Positions 9,703 to 22,945 of a DNA stretch of 32,000 nt are shown piece after piece. Numbering within the stretch: the stretch's first letter is position 1; the number at the start of each line of letters is the position of its first letter. Under the pieces are notes generated by a model that saw nothing but the letters and a program-made list of their open reading frames with translations, ran no database searches and was not told the DNA's origin. Location of the stretch: positions 450,001 to 482,000 of the forward strand of contig NZ_LT906458.1 of the NCBI RefSeq assembly GCF_900187275.1, in the 5' to 3' direction. This DNA is from Pasteurella multocida (GTDB taxonomy: Bacteria > Pseudomonadota > Gammaproteobacteria > Enterobacterales > Pasteurellaceae). Position numbers and translations under genes: made by a program.

Positions 9703-9708
9703 TTTTTT

Positions 9709-9743
9709 TGTTCTTTAACAATCTAACAGACAATCTGTGTGGG
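9709..9743 (+). promoter_or_regulatory. rrn antitermination leader (boxA plus conserved downstream boxC-like element)
   Basis: TGTTCTTTAACAATCTAACAGACAATCTGTGTGGG compares with the E. coli rrn leader TGCTCTTTAACAATTTATCAGACAATCTGTGTGGG (from memory). Confidence 0.75.
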
Positions 9744-9876
9744 TACTTGTTGATTGATTTCATTTAAAAAATTTTAAAATTGAAGTCTTAATAGGTGCTT
9801 AATACTGAAAATTCATGATACTTTTGAAGTAAATGTAAACTTTTAGCTAAGCAGTTTATTGAGCGATTGAACTTTG

Positions 9877-11417
<1,541 letters not shown>

Positions 11418-11500
11418 CCTAAAATGGAACGACTGCAAGTGTTCACACAGATTGTTTGGTAGATTGTGTCAATGAAGAGACAAAAAACCGAAATCCTTTT

Positions 11501-11577
<77 letters not shown>

Positions 11578-11638
11578 CTCAAGCGAAAGCAAAAGAGTGA
11601 AGCGAAAAGGGATGACGGCGCATTGTAATGATGTGAAT

Positions 11639-11714
11639 GGGGATATAGCTCAGCTGGGAGAGCGCCTGCCTTGCACGCAGGAGGTCAGCGGTTCGATCCC
11701 GCTTATCTCCACCA
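11639..11714 (+). tRNA. tRNA-Ala (anticodon TGC), spacer tRNA
   Basis: 76 nt starting GGGGATATAGCTCAGCTGGGAGAGCGCCTGCCTTGCACGCAGGAG, with an encoded CCA end. Confidence 0.95.
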
Positions 11715-11836
11715 AATCATCATTGCTAAGTGTTTTGTGTAAATGGCATTAGTCTGGATAGGTTAATGGTTTTTACATTAAGAATATTTAGCAATGATGA
11801 GCGAAAAATGGCGAAGCCATTTTGACTTGTCTTTAT

Positions 11837-11849
11837 TGTTCTTTAAAAA
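11837..11849 (+). promoter_or_regulatory. Spacer boxA (antitermination element ahead of 23S)
   Basis: TGTTCTTTAAAAA compares with the E. coli spacer boxA TGCTCTTTAAAAA (from memory). Confidence 0.6.
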
Positions 11850-12035
11850 ATTGGAAACAAGCTGAAAAACTGAAGAGATTTTCGAAAGAAAGTCTGAGTA
11901 GAAAAAATCTTGCATGAAAAAAGGCATGCAAGTGTTTAGCGTTTAAACACAACATCAAGGTGATGAAACTTGATTAATGCATTAGCAAAGGTTAATGGAT
12001 TAATTGAGATTAAGTAAGAATACTTGAGGTTGTAT

Positions 12036-14935
<2,900 letters not shown>

Positions 14936-15085
14936 ACAACGCTCAAGTGTTTTTGGGTGTTGAGTGAGATGTTAGACGAAGACGAAGAAGAGAAAATTAC
15001 TTTAGACAGCTTGTTTTTGATTAAAGTGCGAGAGTGAAGAAAGCACGAAGGAAGAACAGAAGAATAGAGAAGACATCAACCGAAT

Positions 15086-15205
15086 ATCTTGGCGGCGATA
15101 GTGCAGTGGACCCACCTAACTCCATGCCGAACTTAGAAGTGAAACGCTGTAACGCCGATGGTAGTGTGGGGCTTCCCCATGTGAGAGTAGGACACCGCCA
15201 GGTCT
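15086..15205 (+). rRNA. rrf: 5S ribosomal RNA
   Basis: About 120 nt, aligning with E. coli 5S (CCCACCT.ACCCCATGCCGAACT.AGAAGTGAAACG...GTAGTGTGGGG...CCCCATG.GAGAGTAGG). Confidence 0.95.
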
Positions 15206-15215
15206 GAATGAGAAG

Positions 15216-15248
15216 AAACCTCAAGTAGAGATACTTGAGGTTTTTTTT
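15216..15248. terminator. Rho-independent terminator of the rrn operon (potentially bidirectional)
   Basis: A perfect stem AAACCTCAAGTA / TACTTGAGGTTT has a GAGA loop and is followed by T8. On the other strand the same hairpin is followed by TTTCTTCT. Confidence 0.85.
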
Positions 15249-15640
15249 GTGTTTGGAGAGAGTGGGGATATGGGGAGAGTGTCATTTGCATAAAAAGCAT
15301 GGAAATGAGGAAAGCTCAGGGGCGCCATGCTGTGATTACATGCACGATGACCCATTGAGTGCTGCTAGATTTATTTTAGAATGTCATCAAGCTCAAAGCC
15401 TTTTGTCATCACACTTACACTTGGTGATGCTTCATATTGCCAAAGCATATCTGATGAAGCATTAGACAATTTCACTTCAATACTTTCCCCTTGTTTAAAG
15501 GTTATTCTTTTTAAAGAATGGCTATGATTAATTTTTATATGAAATGTTTAATACAATGATAGAACCAGTTTTTTAGCTCAGAATGAGTTTGATGGGATTC
15601 TCTTTCCGATTTATCATGACATAAAAAACATTGAATATTG

Positions 15641-15649
15641 ACCGCACTT
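15641..15649 (-). repeat. Uptake signal sequence core (AAGTGCGGT)
   Basis: Exact ACCGCACTT in the non-coding region after the rrn operon. Confidence 0.8.
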
Positions 15650-15797
15650 TAGGTAGTTAATGCGTTTGTATCTTGAATATTTCCTATCTAAATATTCTCG
15701 TTTGTTTCTTAGATTCTTTTGTTGTCATTAGAGTAAGCATAGTATGTGCTTATATGAAATGAAAAATAATGTGAATACAGCATGGCTACATCCCAAA

Positions 15798-16706
15798 CTA
15801 AAGTGGAAAAGAGGAAAAAAAGACCAATAGAATTGGCGGTAAGATATTTGTTATAAAGCCAAAACTGATCGCCAATGGGACAACTTCAATCCCCCCTGCT
15901 TTTTGGATGATCGGTAATGTACAATCTAAAGCTGTCGCGCCTGAAATGCCGACTGCAGAAGAGCGGTGATTTTGCATTAAAAATGGGATGAGAAATAAGC
16001 TAACGATTTCACGTGAGAGGTCGTTAAAAAAGGCGATACTACCAAACATTGGTCCCCATGCATCGTTAATGAGGACACTGGACAGAGAGTACCAACCAAA
16101 CCCAGACGCAATTGCCAGACCTTGGGTGAGGGGTAATTTTAATAGTATTGCAGCGAGTAGCCCACCCAGTAAGGATGTGATAATGAAAATTACCCCAGTT
16201 ATCAATCCTCGCTTATTGAAAAGTACATCACGTAAAGCAATGCCATTATTCCTTAATTGGATGCCAACGGAAAAAATAAGACAAACTAAGACGTAAGTAC
16301 TGGCGTGTTCAGGTAGACTGAATTTACCTTTTATTACATAACCGATGAAGGCACCAAGAAGTACCATCGCACAAAGTTTTCCTGAATCAAATAAGAGTTT
16401 CCAACGAGAGGGCATCTCACCTGTGACTTTTTTTAATGGTTTAGGGGAAAACCGATCATAAGCGATGAGTCCCACCAAATTGAATGATTGGATCAGAATG
16501 GCAAAAGTAGCGGCGGAAATCGCAATGACAGGTAACTTTTTTGCCAGATCATCTAATTGTCCTAATGAAAATCCCATGATGAATAAAATAATATAAAGTA
16601 GTATCATCAGGATGTGATTAATTGAGGTTAAGAGTATTTTGTTTTGTGTTTTTATGAGATAACCGACAAAAAGTGGACATAAAACAATGAGAAGCCCTTC
16701 GTACAT
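15798..16706 (-). CDS. lysO: Lysine exporter LysO (YbjE family)
   Basis: 302 aa with full-length similarity to E. coli YbjE (M..GLLI.L.PL.VGYL, GIQLRNNG, ASGFGWYSLS, AFFNDL.RE, GATALDCTLP). Confidence 0.9.
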   Translation of the reverse strand: MYEGLLIVLCPLFVGYLIKTQNKILLTSINHILMILLYIILFIMGFSLGQLDDLAKKLPVIAISAATFAILIQSFNLVGLIAYDRFSPKPLKKVTGEMPSRWKLLFDSGKLCAMVLLGAFIGYVIKGKFSLPEHASTYVLVCLIFSVGIQLRNNGIALRDVLFNKRGLITGVIFIITSLLGGLLAAILLKLPLTQGLAIASGFGWYSLSSVLINDAWGPMFGSIAFFNDLSREIVSLFLIPFLMQNHRSSAVGISGATALDCTLPIIQKAGGIEVVPLAISFGFITNILPPILLVFFSSFPL

Positions 16707-16774
16707 ATAAATTTTCCTTAACTAAAACGCTTTCTCCATTCTAGGTAAGGCAAGGAAAAAAACAAGAGGTGTTT

Positions 16775-18337
16775 ATGCATTTACGGCAATTAGACGTGTT
16801 GGGATTTCGAGGTATTCACCGTTTATCTATCCATTTTAGTGCGGATATGGTGTTAATCGGTGAAAATATGTGGGGAAAATCCAGTTTACTCTCTGCATTA
16901 AGTTTGATTTTTAACCCAGAAAAAGCACTTTATCAATTTACATTGCGTGATTTTCATATTCCAGCTGAACAAACTGAGCCGGTACGCCACCTTATCTTAT
17001 TATTTACTTTTGCGGAAAGTGAAAAAAACGAAGACAGTATGGAGTATCACTTACCTTATTTACAACATCATTTGCTCGTCGACCATCCAGATGGTTATCA
17101 ACGTCTTTATTTACGGGTTGAAGGACAGATCAATGCAAACAATGAAGTGAATACGACTTATGCATTTCTTAATGAAAAGGGCGAGCCAATTGTGGTTGAT
17201 GATATCAATAACTTGGTATTTTCATTAATTGCTCGTCATCCTGTTTATCGTTTCCGTGATGCTCGATTAAATCGCGCACATCATTCCTTCCGATTTATTC
17301 GTACTGAAATCCAAGATGAGACTCAAGATGAAATTCGTGCGGTTTCTGATCTGTTATGCTATTACTTCTTGAATCATAAAAATATGACGGAAATTAAACA
17401 GGATACGACGTTACTCTGGCATAAAGCGAAGTCACTGTGCACTAAATTAAAACAAGATGAAACGCATCGGCTACGCAAGAAGCTGTTTTTTTCGTTAGCC
17501 AGTTTATTTGTTCGCAATCAACGTATTCATTTCGGTCGTTTTACGCGTCCGATTATCCTCTTTGAAGATCCCGATGCGAGATTGCATCCAAGAATGGTAG
17601 CGATTATGTGGGAGCTTGTCAGTTATTTGCCGGTACAGCGGATTACAACCACGAATTCGGTTGAATTACTTTCACAAGTCAATTTAAATGCGATTTGCCG
17701 TTTAGTGCGTACACCAGAAAAAATCAATTGTTTTCAATTACGCCGAAAAGATCTAGGGAAAGAAGATTTTAGACGGTTAACTTTCCATATTCATCATAAT
17801 CGCAGTTTAGCGTTATTTTCACGCATGTGGATTTTAGTTGAAGGAGAAAGTGAGGTTTGGATTTTATCCGAGTTAGCCAAATTATTAGAGATTAATCTTG
17901 AAATGGAGGGCATTCGGATTGTTGAATTTGCCCAAAGTGGTTTAAAACCGTTATTAAAATATGTACAAGCGATGGGCATTCAATGGTATGTGTTAACAGA
18001 CGGTGACGAGGCGGGGAAAAAATACGGTGAAATCGTCGAAGATATGCTTGATGAAGAAATGGTCAGGGCAGATAGAATTACCATTTTACCCAAACGTGAT
18101 ATTGAACACTTTTTTTATGCTAATGGCTTTGCGGATGTCTTCATTCGCCTCGCACAGTGGCAAATTAAATCCCATTCCTATCCTATGAGTAAAATTATTC
18201 AACGCGCGATTCAACGTACCTCAAAGCCCGATCTGGCGATAGCATTATCTAATGAGATAAAAAAGCGTGGCAGTCAAGCTATTCCGTTGTTGTTTAAACG
18301 CTTGTTTTCCAAAGTATTAAGTTTAGCGCGAACGTAG
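16775..18337 (+). CDS. ybjD: OLD-family ATP-dependent endonuclease (YbjD), ABC-ATPase plus Toprim domains
   Basis: It is collinear with E. coli YbjD. Walker A is GENMWGKSS (16859-16885), Walker B is ILFEDPDARLHP, the Toprim glutamate is in VEGESE (17837-17854) and the DxD motif is DGDEAGKKY (17999 onward). The C-terminal SKPDLAI block is conserved. I set the start at ATG 16775 (RBS AAGAGG 5 nt upstream) rather than the GTG at 16769. Confidence 0.9.
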   Translation: MHLRQLDVLGFRGIHRLSIHFSADMVLIGENMWGKSSLLSALSLIFNPEKALYQFTLRDFHIPAEQTEPVRHLILLFTFAESEKNEDSMEYHLPYLQHHLLVDHPDGYQRLYLRVEGQINANNEVNTTYAFLNEKGEPIVVDDINNLVFSLIARHPVYRFRDARLNRAHHSFRFIRTEIQDETQDEIRAVSDLLCYYFLNHKNMTEIKQDTTLLWHKAKSLCTKLKQDETHRLRKKLFFSLASLFVRNQRIHFGRFTRPIILFEDPDARLHPRMVAIMWELVSYLPVQRITTTNSVELLSQVNLNAICRLVRTPEKINCFQLRRKDLGKEDFRRLTFHIHHNRSLALFSRMWILVEGESEVWILSELAKLLEINLEMEGIRIVEFAQSGLKPLLKYVQAMGIQWYVLTDGDEAGKKYGEIVEDMLDEEMVRADRITILPKRDIEHFFYANGFADVFIRLAQWQIKSHSYPMSKIIQRAIQRTSKPDLAIALSNEIKKRGSQAIPLLFKRLFSKVLSLART

Positions 18338-18353
18338 CTGTTTATTTATACAG
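18338..18353. promoter_or_regulatory. LexA (SOS) box upstream of dinB
   Basis: CTGTTTATTTATACAG is a perfect CTGT-N8-ACAG with an AT-rich centre. It lies 62 nt upstream of the dinB ATG and begins on the nucleotide after the ybjD TAG stop. Confidence 0.7.
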
Positions 18354-18365
18354 TATCTTGTGTTA

Positions 18366-18374
18366 AAGTGCGGT
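18366..18374 (+). repeat. Uptake signal sequence core (AAGTGCGGT)
   Basis: Exact 9-mer followed by AAAATTTT, between the LexA box and the dinB start. Confidence 0.8.
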
Positions 18375-18415
18375 AAAATTTTAAGAAATTTAGCTGACTT
18401 GTGGATACGTTTGTT

Positions 18416-19492
18416 ATGGCGCCGATTCGAAAGATCATTCATGTGGATATGGATTGTTTCTATGCCGCAATTGAGATGCGAGATAATCCAACTCTGATCG
18501 GAAAACCCATTGCCGTAGGAGGAGAGGCGAAACACCGTGGTGTTCTCGCCACTTGTAATTATGAGGCTCGCAAATTTGGCTTACATAGTGCCATGTCAAC
18601 AGCACAAGCCTTTAAATTATGTCCTAATTTAATCTTATTACCAGTGAATATGCCTTTATATAAACAAGTATCACAGCAGATTCACCAGATTTTTCGACGC
18701 TATACCGATGTGATTGAACCGCTATCTTTAGATGAAGCCTATCTAGATGTGACAGATTCTACAGCCTGTTCAGGCTCAGCAACTTGGATAGCAACAGAAA
18801 TTCGTCAGGCTATTTTTAATGAACTGGGTTTGACTGCATCTGCAGGCATTGCGCCATTAAAATTTTTGGCTAAAATTGCATCGGAACAGAATAAACCGAA
18901 CGGTCAATTTGTGATTAAACCAGAACAAATTGAGCATTTTATTGCCAACTTGCCACTAAAAAAAATTCCCGGAGTGGGTAAAGTGACGGCACAGCGCTTA
19001 ATGGCAATGGGGCTAAATACTTGTGCGGATATTCAGCACATGAATAAAGCGCGATTATTAGAACAATTTGGTAAACTTGGACAGCGGATTTGGGCTTTTA
19101 GTCATGGCGTTGATGAACGCCATGTTGAACCACATCGGATCTTGAAGTCGGTCGGCGTTGAGCGAACATTACAGCACAACATTGATGAATTAGCGCAAGC
19201 TTATGTCATTTTGGCTGAACTTTATGCATTGTTGATTCAGCGTCTTAAAACTCATTGTCCAACATTGTCTTTTTCTATGTTGCATAAAGTTGGTGTGAAA
19301 CTGAAGTTTGCAGATTTTCATGTGACGACCTTAGAAAAACGTGGCATGCTGATTACACTTAACTCGTTTGAATTACTGCTTACACAAATTTGGCAACGTG
19401 CAGCGGGGAGAGAAATCCGTTTAATTGGTTTACATGTGAATTTGCCTGAAACAACGGAGTCTAAGACACAAGTACAGATGAGTTTGTGGTAA
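18416..19492 (+). CDS. dinB: DNA polymerase IV (Y-family translesion polymerase)
   Basis: RKIIHVDMDCFYAAIEMRDNP, EPLSLDEAYLDVT, LTASAGIAPLKFLAKIASEQNKPNGQFVI and IPGVGKV match E. coli DinB. I moved the start to ATG 18416 (358 aa); the track start is a GTG five codons upstream. Confidence 0.95.
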   Translation: MAPIRKIIHVDMDCFYAAIEMRDNPTLIGKPIAVGGEAKHRGVLATCNYEARKFGLHSAMSTAQAFKLCPNLILLPVNMPLYKQVSQQIHQIFRRYTDVIEPLSLDEAYLDVTDSTACSGSATWIATEIRQAIFNELGLTASAGIAPLKFLAKIASEQNKPNGQFVIKPEQIEHFIANLPLKKIPGVGKVTAQRLMAMGLNTCADIQHMNKARLLEQFGKLGQRIWAFSHGVDERHVEPHRILKSVGVERTLQHNIDELAQAYVILAELYALLIQRLKTHCPTLSFSMLHKVGVKLKFADFHVTTLEKRGMLITLNSFELLLTQIWQRAAGREIRLIGLHVNLPETTESKTQVQMSLW

Positions 19493-19578
19493 AATTTCTT
19501 CGGCTTGCTATTGAATTTAACGATTTTGTTACTATATTACAACACTGAATACTTAACCTAACGATAAGGATTTTACTT

Positions 19579-20439
19579 ATGATGCGAATTTTGCTATTTC
19601 TTGCCACGAACATGGCAGTTTTAGTTGTTTTTAACATTATTTTAAGTTTGACGGGGATCCAAGCGCAAGATGCGACAGGGCTATTGCTCATGGCGGCATT
19701 ATTTGGTTTTTCTGGTTCTTTAATTTCTCTGTTTTTATCTAAAACCATGGCTCTACGCGCTGTGGGGGCGGAAGTGATCAAACAGCCACGTAATGACATG
19801 GAACGTTGGTTAGTGAATACAGTTCGTTCGCAAGCTGAACGCGCGAATTTACCGATGCCTGATGTCGCAATTTATCACTCTGAAGATGTGAATGCGTTTG
19901 CGACAGGACCAAGTAAAAATAATTCCTTAGTGGCCGTGAGTACTGGCTTATTACGTGCCATGACACAAGATGAAGCAGAAGCAGTACTTGCGCATGAAGT
20001 GGCACATATTAAAAATGGTGATATGGTGACAATGACCTTATTACAAGGTGTATTGAACACTTTCGTGATTTTTGTGTCACGCATGATCGCGAAAGTCGTG
20101 TCAAGCAATCGAGATGGTGAAAGTAGCACAGGGATTTATTTTCTTGTGTCTATGGTCTTGGAAATCTTATTTGGTTTCTTAGCCAGTATGATCGCCATGT
20201 GGTTCTCTCGCTATCGAGAATTTCGTGCGGATGCAGGGTCTGCAGAGTTAGTCGGTAAACACAAAATGATTGCCGCGTTACAACGTTTGCAACGTTTACA
20301 TGAACCACAAGAGTTAGAAGGGCAGCTTGCCGCTTTTGCGATTAACGGTAAACGTGGTGGTTTAGCCGCTTTATTTATGAGCCATCCGCCATTAGAAAAA
20401 CGTATTGCGGCATTACAACAATTAGATAGTTTTAAATAA
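19579..20439 (+). CDS. htpX: Membrane zinc metalloprotease HtpX
   Basis: 286 aa. It is nearly collinear with E. coli HtpX (MMRI.LFL.TN.AV.VVF...SLTGIQ) and has the HEXXH motif HEVAH. Confidence 0.96.
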   Translation: MMRILLFLATNMAVLVVFNIILSLTGIQAQDATGLLLMAALFGFSGSLISLFLSKTMALRAVGAEVIKQPRNDMERWLVNTVRSQAERANLPMPDVAIYHSEDVNAFATGPSKNNSLVAVSTGLLRAMTQDEAEAVLAHEVAHIKNGDMVTMTLLQGVLNTFVIFVSRMIAKVVSSNRDGESSTGIYFLVSMVLEILFGFLASMIAMWFSRYREFRADAGSAELVGKHKMIAALQRLQRLHEPQELEGQLAAFAINGKRGGLAALFMSHPPLEKRIAALQQLDSFK

Positions 20440-20458
20440 CACTGGTAATTTATTGAAG

Positions 20459-20491
20459 AAAGAGGCATGATCTTGCCTCTTTTTCTTTTTT
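20459..20491 (+). terminator. Rho-independent terminator after htpX
   Basis: The hairpin AAAGAGGCA / TGCCTCTTT (loop TGATCT) is followed by TTTTCTTTTTT, and a USS follows immediately. Confidence 0.75.
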
Positions 20492-20492
20492 A

Positions 20493-20501
20493 AAGTGCGG
20501 T
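20493..20501 (+). repeat. Uptake signal sequence core (AAGTGCGGT)
   Basis: Exact 9-mer immediately after the htpX terminator. Confidence 0.8.
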
Positions 20502-20533
20502 CAATTTTCAGAAACTTTTCAATTAGGGTATCT

Positions 20534-21070
20534 ATGGAACATCAACTTTCCGATTTGATAGCGATTTTTAATCAATGTTTTGAACAAGAATATAATACGA
20601 TTTTAGTTAAAGGTGGTGATGAACCGCTTTATGTCCCCGCAAATGAAAACTGCCCACACCATGTCATTTACTTTGCTCGAGGCTTTTACAGTAGTGGTTT
20701 ACATGAAATTGCTCATTGGTTAGTGGCAGGGAAAGCGCGTCGTCAATTAGAAGATTTTGGTTATTGGTATGAACCAGATGGTAGAAGCACTGCACAACAG
20801 CGTTTATTTGAGCAAGTTGAGGTCAAACCACAAGCAATCGAATGGATTTTGTCCGATGCTGCTGGCTTTCGTTATTTTGCTAGTGTCGATAATTTAAGTG
20901 GTGAGCCTGGTGATACCCAACCGTTTAAACAAGCAGTATATGAGCAAGTCAAATGGTATGTTGAGAAAGGGTTGCCAAAACGAGCAGAAACACTACGTAG
21001 AGCCTTATGTGCATTTTATGGCACACCAGATCAAATTGATTTGGCAAGGTTTGATGTAAGCCGAATTTAG
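20534..21070 (+). CDS. epmC: Elongation factor P hydroxylase EpmC (YfcM)
   Basis: From MEHQLSDLIAIFNQCF... the protein is 178 aa and resembles E. coli EpmC in length and in the HEIAHW and FGYWY blocks (from memory). The track start is a GTG inside the USS at 20495, so I moved it to ATG 20534. Confidence 0.85.
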   Translation: MEHQLSDLIAIFNQCFEQEYNTILVKGGDEPLYVPANENCPHHVIYFARGFYSSGLHEIAHWLVAGKARRQLEDFGYWYEPDGRSTAQQRLFEQVEVKPQAIEWILSDAAGFRYFASVDNLSGEPGDTQPFKQAVYEQVKWYVEKGLPKRAETLRRALCAFYGTPDQIDLARFDVSRI

Positions 21071-21083
21071 GACAGAATGAATC

Positions 21084-22022
21084 ATGTTAGCATTAGAGAT
21101 TAAGCAACTCCGTAAAGTATATAAAAATGGTGTAAAAGCATTACATGGCGTTGATCTGAGGGTGCAAGAAGGGGATTTTTATGCGTTGCTTGGTCACAAT
21201 GGTGCAGGCAAATCAACCCTGATTGGCATCATCAGCTCGTTAGTAAATAAAAGCAGTGGTGAAGTCAACGTCTTTGGTTATGACTTAGATCGGGATTTAA
21301 GTGCGTTAAAACAATGTATTGGCTTAGTTCCTCAAGAGTTTAATTTTCATCAATTTGAGCGAGTCATTGATATTTTAGTCAATCAAGCTGGCTATTATGG
21401 TATCCCTCGCCATGAAGCAATAAAACGGGCAGAGATCTGGTTAAAAAAATTAGATTTGTGGGAGAAAAGAACACAGCAAGCCATTCGTTTATCTGGAGGG
21501 ATGAAGCGCCGTTTAATGATTGCTCGCGCGTTAATGCATCGTCCACGGTTATTGATTTTGGATGAGCCAACAGCTGGCGTGGATATTGAATTACGCCGAA
21601 CTATGTGGACGTTTTTACGTGAGCTAAACCAACAAGGTACAACCATTATTCTGACCACCCATTATTTAGAAGAGGCAGAAATGCTCTGTCGTCATATTGG
21701 GATTATTCAACAAGGTAAATTGGTGATTGATATGCCGATGAAAGCCTTGTTAGCGAAGTTAGAAACAGAAACCTTTGTTCTCGATCTGGCACCCAACTGT
21801 CCGCCGCCTCGCATTGAAGGCTATCAGGTGTTGAGCGTGACAGAGAATAGTTTAGAAGTAGAAATTCGACGTGAACAGGGACTAAATTCGCTTTTTGCAC
21901 AATTATCTACACAAGGTATTCAAGTATTAAGTATGCGTAATAAAGCCAATCGTTTAGAAGAGCTTTTTGTATCGATGTCGTTAAATAAAGGAAAACAGTC
22001 TGAACAGGAAGGGGATAAATGA
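21084..22022 (+). CDS. yadG: ABC-2 type transporter, ATP-binding subunit
   Basis: 312 aa, collinear with E. coli YadG. Walker A is GHNGAGKST, the signature is LSGGMKRR and Walker B is LLILDEPT. The C-terminal IQVLSMRNKANRLEELF block is conserved. Confidence 0.9.
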   Translation: MLALEIKQLRKVYKNGVKALHGVDLRVQEGDFYALLGHNGAGKSTLIGIISSLVNKSSGEVNVFGYDLDRDLSALKQCIGLVPQEFNFHQFERVIDILVNQAGYYGIPRHEAIKRAEIWLKKLDLWEKRTQQAIRLSGGMKRRLMIARALMHRPRLLILDEPTAGVDIELRRTMWTFLRELNQQGTTIILTTHYLEEAEMLCRHIGIIQQGKLVIDMPMKALLAKLETETFVLDLAPNCPPPRIEGYQVLSVTENSLEVEIRREQGLNSLFAQLSTQGIQVLSMRNKANRLEELFVSMSLNKGKQSEQEGDK

Positions 22023-22786
22023 AATTAGCATGGGTTGCATTTCAGACGATTGTGATGAAAGAAATTCGCCGTTTTACGCGGATTTGGGTACAAACTTTGG
22101 TACTACCGGTGATCACTATGACTTTGTATTTTGTGATTTTTGGTCAATTAATCGGCAGTCGTATTGGGGAGATGGGCGGGGTCAGTTATATGCAATTTAT
22201 TGTGCCCGGTTTAATTATGATGTCTTCACTCACCAATGCCTTTGCAAATGTGGCGTCGTCCTTTTATAGCACCAAATTTGCGAAAAATGTTGAAGAATTA
22301 TTAATCTCACCAACTTCACCACATATTATCATTTTAGGTTATGTGACTGGAGGGATGGCTCGGGGCTTATGTGTTGGTATATTAGTCACTATGGTCGCCT
22401 TATCCTTTGTCGCCTTTGAGGTTCATTCTTGGTTTATTATTGTACTCACATTGTGTATGACGACGGCGACATTTGCGTTGGGGGGCTTGATTAATGCCGT
22501 ATTTTCACGCTCTTTTGATGATATCAGTATTATCCCCACGTTTGTCTTAACACCACTGACCTATTTAGGGGGCGTTTTTTATTCGCTGACACTTTTACCG
22601 CCTTTTTGGCAGTGGGTATCAAAATTAAATCCCATTGTGTATATGATTAATGGCTTTCGTTATGGCTTTTTAGGCATCTCAGACGTCACAGTAGGCTATA
22701 CATTTGGTGTGTTAATTGCTTTTATGGTCTGTTTATATACGCTCGCTTATTATTTAATTAGTCGCGGAATTGGCTTAAGAAGTTAA
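22019..22786 (+). CDS. yadH: ABC-2 type transporter, permease subunit
   Basis: 255 aa with 6 TM helices. It overlaps the yadG stop by 4 nt (ATGA), which indicates translational coupling. It is a YadH-like ABC-2 permease. Confidence 0.88.
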   Translation: MKLAWVAFQTIVMKEIRRFTRIWVQTLVLPVITMTLYFVIFGQLIGSRIGEMGGVSYMQFIVPGLIMMSSLTNAFANVASSFYSTKFAKNVEELLISPTSPHIIILGYVTGGMARGLCVGILVTMVALSFVAFEVHSWFIIVLTLCMTTATFALGGLINAVFSRSFDDISIIPTFVLTPLTYLGGVFYSLTLLPPFWQWVSKLNPIVYMINGFRYGFLGISDVTVGYTFGVLIAFMVCLYTLAYYLISRGIGLRS

Positions 22787-22812
22787 GATTGCTTTTTATA
22801 CCACTTGTAGGA

Positions 22813-22828
22813 TGTGATGTGTCACACA
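22813..22828. promoter_or_regulatory. CRP-like palindrome upstream of the TRAP operon
   Basis: TGTGA-TGTGTC-ACACA has one mismatch from TGTGA-N6-TCACA. A TTGACA hexamer follows at 22832-22837. I could not pair it with a convincing -10 element, so this call is weak. Confidence 0.25.
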
Positions 22829-22945
22829 GATTTGACAGGCGGTAAAATAAATTGTTGCAAAAACGTAAAATCTTTGCTATTTGTAAGTCCGCTAACAGAA
22901 GTGAGTTTCTGGCAAACCAACAAAATCAATAAGGAAAATGACGCT

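Noticed and set aside
9533-9718. 61-aa ORF spanning tRNA-His and tRNA-Pro
   Set aside because: The sequence is fully explained by two canonical tRNA genes.
15235-15465. 76-aa ORF (MRFFLCLERVGIWGECHLHKKHG...) directly after 5S
   Set aside because: Its start codon lies inside the rrn terminator hairpin/T-tract. It has no RBS, and its odd Cys/His/Leu-rich composition shows no recognisable homology. I treat it as non-coding and discuss it under the orphan-region finding.
15660-15731. 23-aa peptide MRLYLEYFLSKYSRLFLRFFCCH as a possible type I toxin
   Set aside because: It has no clear TM helix, no identifiable antisense RNA promoter/terminator pair, and no repeat structure. The evidence is too weak to call it a feature.
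18396-18404. DnaA-box-like sequence (TGTGGATAC, reverse GTATCCACA) just upstream of dinB
   Set aside because: It is a single 8/9 match with no cluster, which is expected by chance.
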